From a virus, in the IMG/VR virus record IMGVR_UViG_3300032356_000001: a DNA stretch of 57,438 nt; one strand, given 5' to 3'. Positions within the stretch are counted from its first letter, which is position 1. Each line of letters opens with the position of its first letter. The position numbers and the translations under genes are program-made. This document shows, in pieces, positions 54,181 to 57,438 of the stretch. The notes under the pieces were generated by a model. It was not told where the DNA came from. It saw only the letters and a list, made by a program, of their open reading frames with translations, and did not search any database.

Positions 54181-54214
54181 CGCGTTGCAGACCTACAGGT
54201 TGTCGCGTTCTACC

Positions 54215-54358
54215 CTATGCGTCCTGATTTACGATGGGGTACATTATAAATGTGTCGCCCCCCCTCTCTGAATCTTCCAGCAGCCCTTCTGGCGACACAT
54301 TCAAGGCGCGTGCTATCTTCTCGACCGTACTAAACTCTTTGGAGCGCGAAACTCGCAA
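54215..54358 (-). pseudogene. Remnant of a Cro/CI-type HTH gene (only the C-terminal helices, no credible start)
   Basis: Translation reads ..RVSRSKEFSTVEKIARALNVSPEGLLEDSE; there is no Met upstream short of 54559, and that stretch overlaps module C. Confidence 0.3.
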
Positions 54359-54465
54359 GCACCCCGCAAATTTACCATATTTTGGGTTTACCCCATAGGG
54401 ACTTGACTTTCGCGTCTCCGATGTGGTATAATATAGACAGGCTGGATACCAGCCGAGGAGGAGAC
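54330..54465 (+). promoter_or_regulatory. Early promoter module C (inverted, diverged copy of A/B): TTGACT-18nt-TATAAT
   Basis: -35 at 54403-54408, -10 at 54427-54432, same UTR hairpin ggctggataccagcc and the same GAGGAGGAGACATGATG. Confidence 0.7.
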
Positions 54466-54753
54466 ATGATGAAACTATTGGAAGAAGTGCTGGAACTGTT
54501 GGAGCAGTCGGAAGATGTCGTGCGCTTGGATAGTCGCACGCGCGACCATATCGAGTCACTGCCGAAAGCGGAGTGGTGGGACTTGAGCCACTCCCGCGAC
54601 GGGAGCGAGCGACTGGAGATACGGGTCGGTAGACGCTACTACTACATCTACTACTGGACTCGGTATCTGATTGACGGATGGTCTCCTGACCGATGCGTCA
54701 GGATCCGAAGAGACAGCGCCGAGGGCAAGCGGATTGCCGAAATGCTGCAGTAA
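54466..54753 (+). CDS. Hypothetical protein (95 aa)
   Basis: ORF 54382-54753 trimmed to the SD-preceded ATGATG. Confidence 0.55.
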   Translation: MMKLLEEVLELLEQSEDVVRLDSRTRDHIESLPKAEWWDLSHSRDGSERLEIRVGRRYYYIYYWTRYLIDGWSPDRCVRIRRDSAEGKRIAEMLQ

Positions 54754-54767
54754 GGGGAGAAAGGACA

Positions 54768-55571
54768 GTGAGGAGACGATTGCGCTCATTTGAAGTCACG
54801 GTAAACATCCCATTCACTGCGGGGTCGCCCCATCTGGTGCGGGTGACCCCGCGCGACTGGGACGAGTACGACACTGAGCGAGTGCGCGTCCACGACACTG
54901 TAACGGACGAAGAGATTCGACGCGCACTCGCGTCACACAACGAACTTCGCCACGCGCTTGCGCTCGACGCGCACGCGCAGCGCGATGTGGCGCGCCTCAT
55001 CGCCATGGTGCAGTGGCAGGGGCACTATGCCGCGGGGAGCGAGAACGCGATGCAGTGGCTCTGTGACCACTACACGCGCGAGGAGCGACGCGAGCCGCTG
55101 CGTCGCGCGTTCGGGCATGAGGCGGCGCACATCCGCCGCGCGGCGTGTCTGGTCGCGTGGCGAGCGCACGATGAGTTCGTATTAGACACTCTCGTCGCGC
55201 TGGCACAGCACGACGCGGATGACACCGTCGCGGTGACGGCAGTCTCCGCGCTGAGCGCGATGCCGTGCGAGCAAGCGTTTCGAGCGATCCAGAGCGTGGC
55301 GATGAACTCGCAACGGCACTGGGCGACGCGGGTGGACGCCGCGCACATGCTCGGGCAGACCCGTCGCGCAGACGCGATTCCGTATCTGCTGGAAATCACA
55401 CTGCGCTGCGACTGCGAACGGACTGTGGATTGTGCGCGGGAGATGATTGCGCACATCCAACAGGCAGCGCAGGGCGTCTGGGAGCGGTTCGATGCACACG
55501 CGCCTCGCGTCGGTCGACCGATCCCGTACAACCGTCGCTGGTTCTCAATCCAGCGACGGCGAGAGTCATAG
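54768..55571 (+). CDS. HEAT-repeat-like protein (no N-terminal tag)
   Basis: GTG 54768 follows a GGGGAGAAAGG SD. Repeats read DTLVALAQHDADDTVAVTAVSALSAM.. / ..HWATRVDAAHMLGQTRRADAIPYLLEI. Confidence 0.5.
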   Translation: MRRRLRSFEVTVNIPFTAGSPHLVRVTPRDWDEYDTERVRVHDTVTDEEIRRALASHNELRHALALDAHAQRDVARLIAMVQWQGHYAAGSENAMQWLCDHYTREERREPLRRAFGHEAAHIRRAACLVAWRAHDEFVLDTLVALAQHDADDTVAVTAVSALSAMPCEQAFRAIQSVAMNSQRHWATRVDAAHMLGQTRRADAIPYLLEITLRCDCERTVDCAREMIAHIQQAAQGVWERFDAHAPRVGRPIPYNRRWFSIQRRRES

Positions 55572-55761
55572 TACCTCACGCGATTAAACCATCGACGCCC
55601 AACAGCCAGATGTATATGTAAACCAAGACAGCGTGTCAACGCACGAACGATGCGCATGGACGCGAACGCCGCGCCACGCACGCAGCGTATTTAAGCATAA
55701 TTAGACCCTCCTTTAAGACGCCCCGCGATTCGTGCCTGATTTCGACTTAAGTCGTTCCACC

Positions 55762-55810
55762 TGTGACGCGAGGAGTTCCATATGTGACGCGAGGAGTTCC
55801 ATATGTGCCG
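55762..55810. repeat. Tandem 21-bp direct repeats (TGTGACGCGAGGAGTTCCATA x2 plus a partial third)
   Basis: Read directly in the 425-bp non-coding gap. Confidence 0.85.
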
Positions 55811-55909
55811 CATGGGGGGCGTGCAGGTCGCCATCTCGCGCTGTCGGAAGCGATAATCACTATCAACTAAGAGCGATTTTCGCGAGATTTGCGCCGAATC
55901 GGCGTGCAT

Positions 55910-55969
55910 GTGGGGAATTCGCGCGTCTATGAGGCGTGAGAACGCGCCGCGCGTCGCGCGTGGGGAATT
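55910..55969. repeat. Two GTGGGGAATT decamers 50 bp apart (iteron-like)
   Basis: Located at 55910-55919 and 55960-55969. Confidence 0.7.
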
Positions 55970-55996
55970 TCTACCCGCGTGATGGGTGATTATCGC

Positions 55997-56881
55997 CTAC
56001 TCAGGCGGCGGATGTTCGCCGTCGGTCATCGTCAGCGCCCGTGCGCCGTACCTGCGCGTGAGTTCGACCGCCTCTTCGGGGCTCACCCCGCGCCTCACCA
56101 GCTGCAGCACGATCTCGGTCGCGTTCTGAGGACGAGACGAAGGCGACTCGTCACGCGGTACGACTGCTTGCGGCGCTATCGGTTTCGCCGTCTCCAGAGA
56201 GTCCATGTGCTTGCGGAATTGCTGGAAGCCCTCCCTATGAATGCCCACCTCGCGCAAGCGCATCGCCTTCGCGTGGGCAGATGTACCGATGAGGTATCGC
56301 TCCCCGCGCGTGTCCATCACGAGCAGACCCGCCTCGCGCAGCCCGCGCATCGCACGATAGAGACGACTGCGCGACCAGCCGAGCGTCTCCATCAGGCGCA
56401 ACCACGACCACTTCGACGCGTCCTCGCGAAGCTTGAGCAGCATCGCAAGACGCAGACCGTCGACCGTGATGACGCCCTCTTCGAGCTTCTGTGCGAACAC
56501 GCGCGGGAGACGCGCATGCGAGACGCGACCGAAGTCAATCTCTATTGTGCCGTCCGCCGACTTGCGCTTGTAGAGTCGGCGCTCTGCGTTCGGCGTGACG
56601 AGTTTGCAACGCACGCGCAATCCGTCATACTCGTACCGCGCGAGGTATCCCATCGCCTGCAGCGTGTGAATCGCGCGACGCACGCGATGCTCGCACACAT
56701 GCAGACTCCGCGCGAGCGCAGGGGTATTGACACGGCGCGGCTCAATAAGGTACAATTGGAGCAGGTAAAACACGCCTGCTGCAACAGAATCACCGATCAG
56801 CTCGGCAGGTATGTTGAACCCAACCGAACCACTCTCCGATGGGGGAGCCCCACGCTCCCCCACTCTCTTTAACTGTCTCAT
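55997..56881 (-). CDS. Winged-helix DNA-binding protein; candidate replication initiator
   Basis: Two MarR/wHTH-like segments (LARSLHVCEHRVRRAIHTLQAMGYLAR and LMETLGWSRSRLYRAMRGLREAGLL). AAGGAGGTGA SD precedes ATG 56881. Confidence 0.45.
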   Translation of the reverse strand: MRQLKRVGERGAPPSESGSVGFNIPAELIGDSVAAGVFYLLQLYLIEPRRVNTPALARSLHVCEHRVRRAIHTLQAMGYLARYEYDGLRVRCKLVTPNAERRLYKRKSADGTIEIDFGRVSHARLPRVFAQKLEEGVITVDGLRLAMLLKLREDASKWSWLRLMETLGWSRSRLYRAMRGLREAGLLVMDTRGERYLIGTSAHAKAMRLREVGIHREGFQQFRKHMDSLETAKPIAPQAVVPRDESPSSRPQNATEIVLQLVRRGVSPEEAVELTRRYGARALTMTDGEHPPPE

Positions 56882-56914
56882 CGTCACCTCCTTAGTGCGA
56901 AGTCGCTCCGCCAT

Positions 56915-57268
56915 TCATGCATCGCGTCTCTCCTCGCTCGTAAAAGACGCGGCGGGGATGCAAGGAGAGCAACCATCCCCGCCGCTATTTGCAGACTCGC
57001 TCCGTGTAAAGACGCCAAGCTCTTCAGCGACCAACTGCCACGCCACAAGGCAAGCGTGCAACGCCTGCAGCCCATCCTCCAACTCGCGCAGGAGTCTCAC
57101 ATTATTCGTCGACGCAGCTGCCACGATGCGATCTGCGTACTTGCCCAGAGCATGCTGCAATCGCTGCCCAAAGCTCAGAAACATCGCAAGAGAAGCCTTC
57201 TCAAATTCACTGTCGCCCACTGCACGGGCATCCACTATCCTCTTGCGCAACATCTCAACCGTGTCCAT
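56915..57268 (-). CDS. Hypothetical protein (117 aa)
   Basis: ORF 56915-57280; ATG 57268 is preferred because GGAGG sits 5 nt upstream. Confidence 0.5.
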   Translation of the reverse strand: MDTVEMLRKRIVDARAVGDSEFEKASLAMFLSFGQRLQHALGKYADRIVAAASTNNVRLLRELEDGLQALHACLVAWQLVAEELGVFTRSESANSGGDGCSPCIPAASFTSEERRDA

Positions 57269-57281
57269 GTCGGCCTCCATT

Positions 57282-57322
57282 AAAAAGCGGGCTGGGGCGG
57301 AACTGCGGCAACGCCCCAGCCC
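57282..57322 (-). terminator. Intrinsic terminator (11-bp GC stem plus TTTTT on the minus strand)
   Basis: Minus strand reads gggctggggcg-ttgccgcagttc-cgccccagccc-gcTTTTTaa. Confidence 0.65.
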
Positions 57323-57438
57323 TACGGATTGGGCAGAGGTGAGGGAAGTCGAAGAATCGGCGGGGGCAGCAGGTATGGCGACAGGCGTGCGCCCCCGCCG
57401 TCGCGAGGTGTGTATGACCGATGGAAGGCAAGCCTCCT
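57312..57438. repeat. Second copy of the terminal overlap (identical to 1-127)
   Basis: Exact identity read directly. Confidence 0.95.

Noticed and set aside
55691-55909. 72-aa minus-strand ORF containing duplicated RHIWNSS.
   Set aside because: The duplication is simply the translation of the 21-bp tandem DNA repeat. There is no SD or promoter context, and the region is better explained as non-coding (origin or regulatory).

Overview
The window is a complete, GC-rich tailed-phage genome. Bases 1-127 repeat exactly at 57312-57438, so the contig closes into a circle of about 57.3 kb. I found no integrase, transposase A/B, tRNA or CRISPR array.

Minus-strand late block, in transcription order:
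- Holin, Amidase_3 endolysin and a Dam-type methyltransferase.
- A 1148-aa fibre-like protein with BNR/Asp-box repeats.
- On the opposite strand, an IS200/IS605-type tnpB-only element.
- Tail genes: a tube-like protein, a tape-measure-like protein and an 806-aa distal protein.
- A small basic protein, a ParB-like protein, TerS and TerL.
- A 1055-aa SNF2-type protein.
- A Mu-like head module: portal, MuF, gpI protease/scaffold, major capsid protein and connector.
- An unexpected tail end: an ECF-like sigma factor, an acidic protein, an 872-aa AAA+ ATPase and a 666-aa HExxH+VWA protein.

Minus-strand early block:
- A canonical MoxR-VWA pair, RecT and small genes.
- It is driven by two copies of a ~155-bp promoter module; a third, shorter (~136 bp), inverted copy fires rightward.

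Plus-strand genes:
- dnaN, a ParB-fused methyltransferase, a VRR-NUC nuclease, a Mu gpG homolog and a second methyltransferase.
- A tandem array of five HEAT-repeat paralogs.

Most interesting observations:
1. A ~25-aa N-terminal module is shared by the five HEAT paralogs, the late AAA+ and the late VWA protein. It may be an addressing or packaging tag.
2. The tnpB is intact but its third RuvC catalytic Asp is replaced by Asn.
3. At least 17 genes have a GTA(T/C)AATT -10 box 6-9 nt upstream of the start codon, implying leaderless mRNAs.
4. Five ACATGT hexamers lie at exact 11-bp phasing upstream of the tail-operon promoter.
5. A 26-bp palindrome occurs twice.
6. A promoter, a ~215-nt structured non-coding stretch and an intrinsic terminator span the contig junction.

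All functional calls rest on motifs read by eye; no database search was run.
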